IMG/VR virus record: IMGVR_UViG_3300046008_000188 | Span: 1 to 63,272 of that record | Length of the DNA stretch: 63,272 nucleotides | Strand: one strand, 5' to 3' | From: a virus | Lineage: Duplodnaviria > Caudoviricetes | Shown here: piece by piece, positions 1-9,337 of the stretch | Layout: every line of letters begins with the position of its first letter | Numbering within the stretch: the stretch's first letter is position 1 | Made by a program: the position numbers and the translations under genes | The notes under the pieces: generated by a model | Database searches by the model: none | The model's input: the letters and a program-made list of their open reading frames with translations, nothing else | Told to the model about the DNA's origin: nothing

Positions 1-1
1 A

Positions 2-667
2 CAACAACCTTTAACACCTACCACTATTAATACTGGTAATGTAATTCCAGCCGATTCTGGTACGGCAACTTCTGGCTTCTATTCTCGTGTAATGCCAACT
101 ACAGGTTTTGGTTCAAGCGATTACGCAACTCCTGGCGAAGCTTTTTCTATATTTGGACGTGTTCAGTGTGGCGCTCCTTTCTCTGTAGCTCCTTCTACTA
201 CTTTCAACCACATGGCTGGCACAGTAGGTGAGTTTGCAGTTATTGGTACTTATGCTAACTTTGGTCTAATGGCTGGTGTAATGGGTACTATTAATACAAA
301 TACTCTGTCAGGCGATGCTGCTGTTATGGCGTTTATGGATGGCGATTCTGGTGTAACTACTTGCCGTTCAGCGTTTGGTGTTGCGATGGCTCAAACTACT
401 GCTGGTTCTGGTTTTGACTATGGTATTGACTTAAAGATGCAAGACCCCGTTCTTGATGCTGGTGGTCCTTCTGGCGTTATTCCTTACAAAACAGCTGAAA
501 TTCGTTTGGCTAATGACGGTGCTGCGGCTCCTGTTGTTATTAAAGTAGGTAACTTTACAGACGGTGCGGCATCAGGTGTAGGTAAAGGTTCATTAGGTAT
601 TGACTCTACTGACGGTTTGTTATTTATCTCCGATAACTCAGGTAATTGGCAACAAGTAACTGTTTAA
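2..667 (+). CDS. Virion structural protein (Gly/Ala/Thr-rich, fibre/decoration-like), 5'-truncated by the window edge
   Basis: The frame of ORF 92..667 stays open back to base 2 (QQPLTPTTINTGN...). It follows the capsid gene if the genome is circularised. Confidence 0.55.
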   Translation, partial: QQPLTPTTINTGNVIPADSGTATSGFYSRVMPTTGFGSSDYATPGEAFSIFGRVQCGAPFSVAPSTTFNHMAGTVGEFAVIGTYANFGLMAGVMGTINTNTLSGDAAVMAFMDGDSGVTTCRSAFGVAMAQTTAGSGFDYGIDLKMQDPVLDAGGPSGVIPYKTAEIRLANDGAAAPVVIKVGNFTDGAASGVGKGSLGIDSTDGLLFISDNSGNWQQVTV

Positions 668-822
668 TGCTAAATCACAGAGACCCAGAGGTTCAACTTA
701 TGCTTGGACTTCTAGAAGGACAAAGAGATTATGCTATGGGTACAGCAGCTACACTAGCTAAAGAAAATGCAGAGTTAAAAGCCCGCATTGTTGAGCTAGA
801 AGCTGCACCCCAGACAATCTAA
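667..822 (+). CDS. Small coiled-coil protein (51 aa), possible fibre chaperone
   Basis: Read manually: MLNHRDPEVQLMLGLLEGQRD...ENAELKARIVELEAAPQTI. TAATG-coupled to the upstream stop. Confidence 0.6.
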   Translation: MLNHRDPEVQLMLGLLEGQRDYAMGTAATLAKENAELKARIVELEAAPQTI

Positions 823-833
823 GGAGATTAATT

Positions 834-1118
834 ATGGGTATGCAAACCGATGTAAAAGCAACGCATCTTACGGCTGACGGAGTAATATCAGCTAATCCAG
901 CTCGTTTAAAGGCTATCTCGTATAGAGGTAATGGTCTTGATGGAAACGTGTCAATTAAAAATGGTGGCGCATCAGGAACTACATTATTAGAACTTGATGT
1001 AGGTACGAGTGATTCATTTACTATTTATGTATTATTACCTGGCGAAGGCATTCGTTTTGATACTAATATTTATGCCGACCTGACTAACGTTTCTGCAATA
1101 ACAGCATTCTACGGCTAG
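834..1118 (+). CDS. Small hypothetical virion protein (beta-rich)
   Basis: Strong RBS AAGGAG; lies in the late operon. Confidence 0.65.
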   Translation: MGMQTDVKATHLTADGVISANPARLKAISYRGNGLDGNVSIKNGGASGTTLLELDVGTSDSFTIYVLLPGEGIRFDTNIYADLTNVSAITAFYG

Positions 1119-1125
1119 GTGAGAT

Positions 1126-1353
1126 ATGAGTGTAGAACGAGAGCTAGCAGTGCATGAAACTGAAATTAAACATCTACAAGCTGATATGGATAAATTGGTC
1201 CAGGATATGGAATCAATTAAAGCTACGCTTAATGACATTAACACAACCCTTGCAGAAGCTCGCGGCGGTTGGAAAGTCTTAATGATGGTCGGCGGTGCTG
1301 GCGGTGCGTTAGGCGCTCTTGTCACTCAGTTCGCACATAAAATATTTGGATAG
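1126..1353 (+). CDS. Coiled-coil protein with a C-terminal TM helix (holin/XhlA-like topology)
   Basis: Heptad N-terminus followed by the hydrophobic segment WKVLMMVGGAGGALGALV. Confidence 0.55.
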   Translation: MSVERELAVHETEIKHLQADMDKLVQDMESIKATLNDINTTLAEARGGWKVLMMVGGAGGALGALVTQFAHKIFG

Positions 1354-1357
1354 TAAT

Positions 1358-1741
1358 ATGCCAAGCACATCTAAAAAACAGCATAATCTTATGGCCGCAG
1401 CTGCACATAACCCTAAATTTGCTAAGAAGGTGGGGGTTCCTACTAAAGTAGCAAAAGAGTTTAACGAAGCTGACAAAGGCAAGACCTTCAAGAAAGGCGG
1501 CGTATCATTAGCCGTTGGTCGTGGTGAGAAACTAGCTACAGATAAAGGTGCTGGGCTTACTGCCAAAGGTCGTGCAAAGTATAACGCAGCAACTGGGTCT
1601 AACTTAAAAGCTCCTCAGCCTGAAGGTGGCCCTCGTAAAAAATCGTTTTGTGCCCGTATGTCAGGTATGCCAGGCCCAATGAAAGACGAGAATGGCAAAC
1701 CTACTCGTAAAGCAGCGTCATTAAGACGTTGGAAATGTTAA
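1358..1741 (+). CDS. Small basic two-module protein (C-terminal DUF6321-like RKKSFCARM...SLRRWKC module)
   Basis: Likely start is ATG 1358 (MPSTSKKQ). Lys-rich; the two modules are joined by FKKGG. Confidence 0.65.
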   Translation: MPSTSKKQHNLMAAAAHNPKFAKKVGVPTKVAKEFNEADKGKTFKKGGVSLAVGRGEKLATDKGAGLTAKGRAKYNAATGSNLKAPQPEGGPRKKSFCARMSGMPGPMKDENGKPTRKAASLRRWKC

Positions 1742-1753
1742 TAAGGAATTATT

Positions 1754-1969
1754 ATGGCTAAAGAAAATACAAAGATGGACATGGCGCAAGACAAAGCTAT
1801 GGTTAAAAAAGCTGTAGGTATGCACGATAAACAAATGCATGGCGGTAAAAAAACTGACATGTCAAGCCTTAAAAAAGGTGGCTGCGCTAAGATGGCTAAA
1901 GGTGGCTCTGCTTCATCTCGCGCTGACGGCTGCGCAGTTAAAGGCAAAACTAAAGGGATGATAATATAA
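1754..1969 (+). CDS. Small basic Lys/Gly/Met-rich protein
   Basis: RBS AAGGA; ends MAKGGSASSRADGCAVKGKTKG. Confidence 0.7.
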   Translation: MAKENTKMDMAQDKAMVKKAVGMHDKQMHGGKKTDMSSLKKGGCAKMAKGGSASSRADGCAVKGKTKGMII

Positions 1970-2244
1970 TGGCTGAAGACGTAATTAAAAGCGCAGCAAC
2001 AAAAGGTGGTATGCAAGGTGGTATGGGTAAAGCAAAAGCTGCGCCAAAAGAACCTGTAGAACCTATCCCGTCTGAAATCGTGGACAAACTACAAGACATG
2101 AAAAACAAAAAAGCCGCTGAAAATTATCAAAAGACTAAAGATAATAAAGCTGGCGGTATGATTAAAATGGCTAAAGGCGGTTCAGCTTCAGCTCGTGCAG
2201 ATGGCTGTGCTCAACGCGGTAAAACACGCGGTAAGATGGTGTAA
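1969..2244 (+). CDS. Small basic protein with a C-terminus paralogous to 1754..1969
   Basis: TAATG coupling; ends MAKGGSASARADGCAQRGKTRG. Confidence 0.7.
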   Translation: MAEDVIKSAATKGGMQGGMGKAKAAPKEPVEPIPSEIVDKLQDMKNKKAAENYQKTKDNKAGGMIKMAKGGSASARADGCAQRGKTRGKMV

Positions 2245-2246
2245 TC

Positions 2247-2546
2247 ATGCGGGCGTCTCGTGGTATGGGGGCAATAGCCCCTTCTAAAATGCCTAAGAAA
2301 AAGATTATCAAACGCAAAGATAATCCTGAAGACGTAGAGATGTTTAAAAAGGGTGGGAAGGTAAACTTACCCGCTAGTAAAAATGTCAATGCCGCAGGCA
2401 ACTACACAAAACCTGAAGTTAGAAAGCGTATAGTGTCTGAAGTTAAGTCGGCTGCAACACACGGTACAGGCGCAGGGCAGTGGTCAGCTAGGAAAGCACA
2501 GTTAGTCGCTAAGAAGTATAAAGCCGCAGGTGGCGGTTATAAATGA
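2247..2546 (+). CDS. Small basic two-module protein (GQWSARKAQ motif, DUF5872-like)
   Basis: Very Lys/Arg-rich; modules joined by MFKKGG. Confidence 0.65.
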   Translation: MRASRGMGAIAPSKMPKKKIIKRKDNPEDVEMFKKGGKVNLPASKNVNAAGNYTKPEVRKRIVSEVKSAATHGTGAGQWSARKAQLVAKKYKAAGGGYK

Positions 2547-2794
2547 GCGCGTTAGCTAAAAGCCAGAAGTCTTTAAAAGCTTGGGGCGACCAGAAATGGA
2601 CTACTAAGTCAGGTAAAAAATCATCAGAAACGGGTGAACGGTATTTACCAGAAAAAGCAATAAAGGCCTTAACACCTGCAGAATATGCGGCAACAACCAA
2701 AGCAAAACGTGAAGGTAAGGCGGCTGGTAAACAGTTCGTAGCTCAGCCCGCTAAGATTAAAAGCAAAGTTAAGCCATATAGGAAAATTAAATAA
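2543..2794 (+). CDS. Small basic protein (LKAWGDQKW...GERYLP motif, DUF5872-like)
   Basis: Overlaps the upstream stop region; conserved-looking W/Y motifs. Confidence 0.65.
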   Translation: MSALAKSQKSLKAWGDQKWTTKSGKKSSETGERYLPEKAIKALTPAEYAATTKAKREGKAAGKQFVAQPAKIKSKVKPYRKIK

Positions 2795-2919
2795 TGCGAT
2801 GCTACTTTAGCTTTATTACTGGAGTGATGGTTGGGCTAGAGTTAGAGGAAAGCGAAGACTGTAATTATTTGATTGTAGAGCTTTTCATCGTGCAATTCAT
2901 ATTTGAATGGGAAAAATAA
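2794..2919 (+). CDS. Small hypothetical protein (41 aa)
   Basis: Read manually: MRCYFSFITGVMVGLELEES...FEWEK. TAATG-coupled and fills the intergenic gap. Confidence 0.5.
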   Translation: MRCYFSFITGVMVGLELEESEDCNYLIVELFIVQFIFEWEK

Positions 2920-2920
2920 A

Positions 2921-3847
2921 TTGGCAACCACAGGTGCATCATCATTTAATCTAGACCTTAATGACCTCGTAGAAGAGGCTTTTGAGCGTTGTGGTAAAGA
3001 GCTTCGTACTGGTTATGACTTGCGCACCGCGCGACGTAGCTTGAACTTACTTACTGTTGAGTGGGCAAACCGTGGCATAAACCTATGGACAATTGAACAA
3101 GGCACGATTGTGATGGCGACTGGGCAGGCGGTATACCCACTACCTGTTAATACGATTGACTTGCTAGACCAAGTGGTACGTCAGAATAACGGCACTACAA
3201 ACCAAATTGATATCAACATCAACCGTATATCCGAGTCAACCTACTCTACAATCCCTAACAAATTAACACAGGGTCGCCCTATACAGGTGTGGATTAACCG
3301 CCAGTCAGGTGCATCAAATGCTACGACAGTGACTTTGAACGGTGGCATATCTGCTACAGACACTACAATTACAGTAAGCTCTACAGCTAATCTATCCTCA
3401 TCAGGGTTTATACAAATTGATAACGAAGTTATTAGTTACCCAAATGTAAGTGGCAACCAGCTTATCAACTGTGCCCGAGGCCAGAACAATACAACCGCAG
3501 CAACTCATCTAACAGGTGCTTCGTTAACTACTTTAAACCTTCCGTCAATTAATGTATGGCCAACACCAAACGCTCAGGGTAATCAGTACACCTTTGTTTA
3601 CTGGCGTTTACGTCGGGTTCAAGATGCGGGTGATGGTGTTAATACACAGGATATTCCGTTCCGATTCTTAAACTGTATGGTTGCTGGCTTAGCTTATTAC
3701 TTGTCAATAAAACTACCTGATGTACCCTTAGAGCGTATAACAGGTCTTAAAGCAGACTACGAACAACAGTTCCAATTAGCGGCGGATGAAGATAGAGAAA
3801 AGGCATCAATACGGTTTGTTCCACGTAATATGTCGTACACGAGGTAA
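2921..3847 (+). CDS. Head-tail adaptor/connector-like protein with an inserted beta-rich domain
   Basis: Helical N-terminus (VEEAFERCG..ARRSLNLL..W.NRG) and C-terminus (VWPTP..LAYYL). Probable TTG start at 2921, right after the upstream stop. Confidence 0.6.
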   Translation: MATTGASSFNLDLNDLVEEAFERCGKELRTGYDLRTARRSLNLLTVEWANRGINLWTIEQGTIVMATGQAVYPLPVNTIDLLDQVVRQNNGTTNQIDININRISESTYSTIPNKLTQGRPIQVWINRQSGASNATTVTLNGGISATDTTITVSSTANLSSSGFIQIDNEVISYPNVSGNQLINCARGQNNTTAATHLTGASLTTLNLPSINVWPTPNAQGNQYTFVYWRLRRVQDAGDGVNTQDIPFRFLNCMVAGLAYYLSIKLPDVPLERITGLKADYEQQFQLAADEDREKASIRFVPRNMSYTR

Positions 3848-3849
3848 TC

Positions 3850-4239
3850 ATGCCTACTAAGTATGCTAGTGGTAAACACAGTATTGCCGAGTGCGACCGT
3901 TGTGGTCAGCGCTATAAATTGGTACAGCTTAAAAAGCTAACTATTAAAACGAAACAAGTAAGCATTAAGGTGTGCCCAGAGTGCTGGGACCCTGACCAGC
4001 CGCAACTACAACTAGGTATGTACCCAGTTAATGACCCACAAGCGGTGAGAGAACCTCGTCCTGATACTAGTTACTTAGTGTCCGGTATAGGCCCAGATGG
4101 TAATCCAGAGGGTGGTAGTAGAGTATTCCAGTGGGGATGGAACCCTGTAGGTGGGGCAAGAGGAAGTGACACGGGTTTAACACCTAATGACTTGATTGCC
4201 CAAGGACAAGTAGGTATAGTAACGGTATCAACAACTTAG
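3850..4239 (+). CDS. Zn-ribbon protein (CDRC...CPEC)
   Basis: Two CxxC motifs; lies in the late operon. Confidence 0.65.
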   Translation: MPTKYASGKHSIAECDRCGQRYKLVQLKKLTIKTKQVSIKVCPECWDPDQPQLQLGMYPVNDPQAVREPRPDTSYLVSGIGPDGNPEGGSRVFQWGWNPVGGARGSDTGLTPNDLIAQGQVGIVTVSTT

Positions 4240-4249
4240 GAGTATTAAC

Positions 4250-4444
4250 ATGGCATACAAATCAGGCGCCGATGGCGTAGCAAAACAAGGTAAGACAAAA
4301 GGTAGAAACTTAGGTGATTCAGGTCCAAACGTAGCAATTGAAAACGGTCCTAAATCTACAGGTAGTAAAGGTGGCAAAACTAATGCTGACATGAAGAAAA
4401 TGGGTCGTGGCTTAGCTAAGATTGCTGCACAGAAAAAGGGATAA
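4250..4444 (+). CDS. Small basic protein (ADGVAKQGKTKG motif)
   Basis: RBS AGGAG; shares a motif with the ORFs at 1754 and 1969. Confidence 0.65.
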   Translation: MAYKSGADGVAKQGKTKGRNLGDSGPNVAIENGPKSTGSKGGKTNADMKKMGRGLAKIAAQKKG

Positions 4445-4448
4445 TATC

Positions 4449-4718
4449 ATGGGTAAATCAGCACAAGACTCAACAGGGTTTGTTTTTCCTACAGGTGGTG
4501 GTAACGATATTGGTATGTATAAACAGCCAATGCCAAATGCAGATACGCAGCCAGAAAGCATTATCTCTAAATCAGGTAATGGCGTAAATGAACTTAACAT
4601 AGCCGTAGGTAATACAAGTAAAGGTAATGTTAAAGGCATGAACCCATACGGTACAGGCGAAATGCGTGGTTATGGCGCTGCAACTAAAGGTCGTAAGATT
4701 AGCGGAAAGATGGGTTAA
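4449..4718 (+). CDS. Small Gly-rich basic protein (RGYGAATKG C-terminal motif)
   Basis: Likely start is ATG 4449 (MGKSAQ). Confidence 0.6.
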   Translation: MGKSAQDSTGFVFPTGGGNDIGMYKQPMPNADTQPESIISKSGNGVNELNIAVGNTSKGNVKGMNPYGTGEMRGYGAATKGRKISGKMG

Positions 4719-4727
4719 GGTAGGTCA

Positions 4728-5645
4728 ATGAACTACATAGAGCTTAGTCAAGCAATACAATCATACGCGGAAAACACGGAGTCTTTATTCGTGCAAAATA
4801 TTCCTACGTTTGTAATGGAGGCTGAGCGACGTATATTTAACACTGTGCAACTGCCATCATTACGTAAAAACGTGACAGGCACAATGACTAACGGTAACAA
4901 ATATGTTGCGCTTCCTAATGATTGGTTGGCTAACTATTCTCTTGCAGTTATCGATGCAGCGGGTGCGTACAGTTATCTTCTAAATAAGGACGTTAACTTC
5001 ATTCGTGAGTCATACCCTACTCCTACATCAACTGGTCAGCCTAAGTACTATGCGGTATTTGGTCCTCGTATAGATGAAGCAAACGAGCTATCTTTAATTT
5101 TAGGGCCCACCCCAGACTCAGCGTATGGTATGGAGCTTCATTACTTCTACTATCCAGTATCTATAGTACAACGACCTATAGCAAGCTTAGGTACGATTAC
5201 GGGTGGGTCTGGTTATATTAACGGTACTTACTTTAATGTTCCATTAACAGGTGGTTCAGGTACTTCCGCGTATGCTACAATCACGGTATCAGGCGGTGCA
5301 GTTACTTCAGTTACAATAGTTTCTGGAGGGTCATTCTATGTTATCGGGGATGTACTAACTACGGCGAATACAAATATTGGCGGTTCAGGAACAGGGTTTT
5401 CAATCCCAGTAACTAATGTAGCTAACTCCGCGGGCACTAGCTGGTTAGGTGATAATTATGACCCCGTGCTATTTTACGGGGCTATGCGGGAAGCAATTAT
5501 TTTTATGAAAGGTGAAGCAGATATGGTCACTTATTATGAGAAGATGTTCCAAGATGCTTTAGGTCAATTGAAACGCCTTGGTGACGGTCTAGAACGCGGG
5601 GATGCTTACCGTGACGGGCAAACAAAACTTAGAGTAACTACTTAA
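4728..5645 (+). CDS. Tail adaptor (tail tubular protein A-like) with an inserted Gly/Thr-rich domain
   Basis: MNYxEL...F..EAERRI N-terminus, LGPTPD motif, WL...LFYG C-terminus; sits upstream of the fibre genes. Confidence 0.6.
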   Translation: MNYIELSQAIQSYAENTESLFVQNIPTFVMEAERRIFNTVQLPSLRKNVTGTMTNGNKYVALPNDWLANYSLAVIDAAGAYSYLLNKDVNFIRESYPTPTSTGQPKYYAVFGPRIDEANELSLILGPTPDSAYGMELHYFYYPVSIVQRPIASLGTITGGSGYINGTYFNVPLTGGSGTSAYATITVSGGAVTSVTIVSGGSFYVIGDVLTTANTNIGGSGTGFSIPVTNVANSAGTSWLGDNYDPVLFYGAMREAIIFMKGEADMVTYYEKMFQDALGQLKRLGDGLERGDAYRDGQTKLRVTT

Positions 5646-5658
5646 TTAGGAGAAAGAC

Positions 5659-6099
5659 ATGGCAATTTCACAAGCAATGTGCACGAGCTTTAAAGTTCAG
5701 TTATTGAGCGGCGCACAAAATTTTAATACAGGTACAACAAAGGTTTATAAAATCGCGTTGTACACATCAGCTGCAACATTAGGTGCAAGTACAACTACTT
5801 ATTCAGGTACTTCAAACGAAGTAGCTTCTGGCGGCGGTTATACTACTGGTGGTAATACACTTTCAGTATCTCAAGTCCCTACAGATGGTGGTTCAGGTAC
5901 TACAGCGTTTATTGACTTTGCGGATACTACATGGTCAGCAGCAACAATTACTGCTCGTGGTGCGTTGATATATAACAGCACTGATGACACTGCGGTTGCC
6001 GTGTTGGATTTTGGTTCAGATAAAACATCAACTGCTGGGGACTTTACAATCATATTCCCAACAGCAAACGCAACAGACGCAATCATTAGAATAGCCTAG
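5659..6099 (+). CDS. Tail/fibre-associated structural protein
   Basis: Beta-rich, KIALYT...GYTTGG...ARGALIYN pattern; RBS AGGAG. Confidence 0.6.
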   Translation: MAISQAMCTSFKVQLLSGAQNFNTGTTKVYKIALYTSAATLGASTTTYSGTSNEVASGGGYTTGGNTLSVSQVPTDGGSGTTAFIDFADTTWSAATITARGALIYNSTDDTAVAVLDFGSDKTSTAGDFTIIFPTANATDAIIRIA

Positions 6100-6113
6100 A
6101 ATAGGAGTCTCAA

Positions 6114-9100
6114 ATGGCTCTAGTTCTTAAAGACCGGGTTAAAGAAACCTCAGTATCGACTGGTACTGGGGCAATTGCGCTTGATGGTGCTACAGGTGCA
6201 TACCAAACATTTAGTATAATTGGTAACGGTAATACAACCTATTACTGTATAGTAGGGCAAACTACTAGTGAGTGGGAAGTGGGTATTGGTACATACGACT
6301 CTGGTGCTGATTCCATATCGCGTGACACTATCCTAGCCTCGTCTAATAGTAATACCATTGTTACATTTTCTGCAGGTACTAAAGACGTATTTATTACCTA
6401 CCCGTCTGAGAAAGCCATCTACGAAGAGCCAGATGGCGACACGCTAATTAATGCGGGTCCGATTACAATTCTAGGCCCTGGCGTAAGCGGGATTCCAACC
6501 CCATACGGGGATACACTAGGTCGCTTTTACGGTAATGTAGACAGCTTCCAACAACTGTATTTGCAAAACCAGTTTAATGGTGTAGATGCATCTTCAGACA
6601 TTGTAGCCTACAATAACTTAGGTGATGGCACTAACTACTTTGTCGATATGGGTATTGTTGGGTCCAGCTACTCATCAATGTCTTTCCCTATATTTTCCGC
6701 AAACTGCGCGTATGTATATAACTCTGGTTTAACTACGGGTACAGGCGCAGCTGGTGAGACTTCAGAACTACTTATCGGTACAGGTACACTTAACAGTGAC
6801 TTGGTGTTGTTTACTGGCGGCGTTGATACAGCCAATGAAGCCGTACGTATTTCAGGTGCAGACCAAACAATCGAAGTTCAAAAAGGTGTAACCTTAAATG
6901 AGACCCTTGACGTTACCGGTGCAGCATCGTTCGGCAGCACTGTTTTATTGGATGCGAACCCGACAACTGCCTTACAAGCTGCCACAAAACAATACGTAGA
7001 CAATGCGGTAACTGCAGGGGTACATATCCACGAGCCAGTTCGCGTCGTTGCAGCTAGTAATTTAACCGCTACTTACGCTCAAGGCGGTACTACCTTTAAC
7101 ATTACAGATATCACATTAACTACTACAGTTACAACGTCTGTAAACCACGGCTTATCCGTAAACGACCAGATTTGGCTAACTAGCACAGCTGGTAACGGGC
7201 TATCAACTAACACTGCTTATTTTGTATTTTCAACACCAGCTTTAAATACCTTAACCCTATCACTAACTTTTGGTGGTGCTCAGATTACAGGGTTAACCAA
7301 TGCGGCAGGGTTAACGTATGCTACAAGAGCAAACTCAGGTGTTGGTGCTACGCTTACTAATTCAGGCACTCAAGTTGCTCTTTCCATTGATAGCGTTTCG
7401 CTTTCAAGCACTAACCGAGTCCTAGTAAGAGGCCAAACTAACGCTGAAGAAAACGGTGCGTATACAGTTACTACTGTAGGTAGTGGGTCTACTAACTGGG
7501 TGTTAACTCGCGCTACCGATTCAAATATGGTCAATCCTTCAGACCCAAATGGTCTGGGTACAGGCGATTATTTCTTTGTGCAAGAGGGTTTAACTGGGAC
7601 TGGAGACTCGTTCGTATTAACTACTGAACCTAACACAATGATTATTGGCTACACGGCCTTAACATACACACAGTTCAGTGGCGCTATTACTTACGTTGGC
7701 GGTACAAACATTGATGTTACAGGTCAAACCATATCACTAACGGGTACAGTTGCTCCTACAAACGGCGGCACAGGCACAAGCACTGTAACTACAGGCGACT
7801 TGCTCTATGGCTCTGGCACAAACGCGTGGTCTAAACTAGGCTTAGGTTCTGCATATCAATCCTTAGCAGTAAACGGTTCAGGTACACAAGTCGAGTGGAA
7901 TGCAGTTAACCTATCTAGTGCTGTTGCAGTTACCGGAACACTAGGCGCAACATACGGCGGTACGGGGCAAACGACTTACGCAACTGGAGACATTCTTTAC
8001 TCTTCAGCTACAAACACATTAGCTAAGTTGGCGGGTAGTACATCTACTTCTAAACATTTCTTATCCCAAACAGGTACAGGTTCCGCTTCTGCAGCGCCAG
8101 CGTGGGTTCAATTATCAGCGACTGATATTACTTCTGGTACACTACCTGCGACTCGAGGTGGTACAGACAACAGCTCTTACGCAGTTGGTGACTTGCTCTA
8201 TGCGGATACTACGACTTCATTAGCTAAACTTGCTGACGTTGCTACGGGCAATGCATTGATATCAGGTGGTGTAAGCGCAGCGCCAGCTTGGGGTAAAGTA
8301 GCTCTTGCTTCTGCAGTATCAGGGACACTACCTATTGCTAACGGTGGTACAAATTCAACAGCTACTCCTACAGCCGGGGGTGTTAACTATGGTACAGGCA
8401 CAGCCCACGCGTTTACTAGTGCTGGAACATCTGGACAAATATTAACTTCTGCCGGAGCTTCTGCACCTGTATGGGCAAATAACCCGCCAGCATTCCCTAG
8501 TGGTACAGTAATGTTGTTCGTTCAAACAGCCGCGCCAACAGGTTGGACTAAATCAACAACGCACGACAATAAAGCCTTAAGGATTGTAAGCGGAACAGCA
8601 AGTTCAGGCGGCTCAGTAGCGTTTACGACAGCGTTTGCAAGTCAATCAGTTACGGGTAGTGTGGCGGCAACGGCAGCGGCAACGGCAACCAATCAGGCTA
8701 CAACTGCTGGTGGTAGTGTAGGTGCAACATCTGCGGCAACAGCGACCAATCAGGCTACAACTGCGGGTGGTAGTGTAGGTGCAACATCTGCGGCAACAGC
8801 GACCAATCAGGCAACAACTGCAGGTGGCACAGTAGGTGTGTCAGTAAGTGCAGGCACTTTAGCGGTAGGGGCAGGAACATTTGCGGTTGGCGCAACCACA
8901 TTAGCAACAACACAAATTCCTAGCCATACGCACACTGCGGCTGTTGTAACAAGTGACCGTGCTAATGCCCAATTTAATCCTGGAACGGCTGGGGCTGGCA
9001 ATACAGGTGCAACAGGTGGAGGTGGTTCACATACACATGGATTAACTGGCGCACCAAGCATTTCAGGTTCACCAAGTGTAACAGGCACATCCTTTACAGG

Positions 9101-9335
9101 CACTAGTCATAATCATACGCAAGACGCGCATAGCCATACAAGTGGTGGAACATTTACAGGCACAAGCCACAACCACACGCAAGACGCACATAGCCATACA
9201 AGTGGTGGAACATTTACAGGCACAAGCCACAACCACACGCAAGACGCGCACAGCCACACTTCAGGCGCATTTACAGGTAATGCAATTAATTTAGCAGTAA
9301 GTTATGTTGATGCAATTATTGCAACTAAAGACTAA
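6114..9335 (+). CDS. Long tail fibre protein with collar-like domain and His-rich needle tip
   Basis: AATKQYVD motif, GGTG repeats, FPSGT..F.QTAAPTGW collar-like motif, multiple HxH motifs near the C-terminus. Confidence 0.85.
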   Translation: MALVLKDRVKETSVSTGTGAIALDGATGAYQTFSIIGNGNTTYYCIVGQTTSEWEVGIGTYDSGADSISRDTILASSNSNTIVTFSAGTKDVFITYPSEKAIYEEPDGDTLINAGPITILGPGVSGIPTPYGDTLGRFYGNVDSFQQLYLQNQFNGVDASSDIVAYNNLGDGTNYFVDMGIVGSSYSSMSFPIFSANCAYVYNSGLTTGTGAAGETSELLIGTGTLNSDLVLFTGGVDTANEAVRISGADQTIEVQKGVTLNETLDVTGAASFGSTVLLDANPTTALQAATKQYVDNAVTAGVHIHEPVRVVAASNLTATYAQGGTTFNITDITLTTTVTTSVNHGLSVNDQIWLTSTAGNGLSTNTAYFVFSTPALNTLTLSLTFGGAQITGLTNAAGLTYATRANSGVGATLTNSGTQVALSIDSVSLSSTNRVLVRGQTNAEENGAYTVTTVGSGSTNWVLTRATDSNMVNPSDPNGLGTGDYFFVQEGLTGTGDSFVLTTEPNTMIIGYTALTYTQFSGAITYVGGTNIDVTGQTISLTGTVAPTNGGTGTSTVTTGDLLYGSGTNAWSKLGLGSAYQSLAVNGSGTQVEWNAVNLSSAVAVTGTLGATYGGTGQTTYATGDILYSSATNTLAKLAGSTSTSKHFLSQTGTGSASAAPAWVQLSATDITSGTLPATRGGTDNSSYAVGDLLYADTTTSLAKLADVATGNALISGGVSAAPAWGKVALASAVSGTLPIANGGTNSTATPTAGGVNYGTGTAHAFTSAGTSGQILTSAGASAPVWANNPPAFPSGTVMLFVQTAAPTGWTKSTTHDNKALRIVSGTASSGGSVAFTTAFASQSVTGSVAATAAATATNQATTAGGSVGATSAATATNQATTAGGSVGATSAATATNQATTAGGTVGVSVSAGTLAVGAGTFAVGATTLATTQIPSHTHTAAVVTSDRANAQFNPGTAGAGNTGATGGGGSHTHGLTGAPSISGSPSVTGTSFTGTSHNHTQDAHSHTSGGTFTGTSHNHTQDAHSHTSGGTFTGTSHNHTQDAHSHTSGAFTGNAINLAVSYVDAIIATKD
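8656..8830 (+). repeat. About 3 x 57-bp tandem repeat in the fibre (GSVGATSAATATNQATTAG)
   Basis: AATCAGGC.ACAACTGC recurs at 8691, 8748 and 8805. Confidence 0.9.
9093..9280 (+). repeat. 3 x 60-bp tandem repeat in the fibre (FTGTSHNHTQDAHSHTSGGT)
   Basis: Lines 9121, 9181 and 9241 begin with the near-identical AAGACGC.CA.AGCCA.AC. Confidence 0.9.
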
Positions 9336-9337
9336 TT

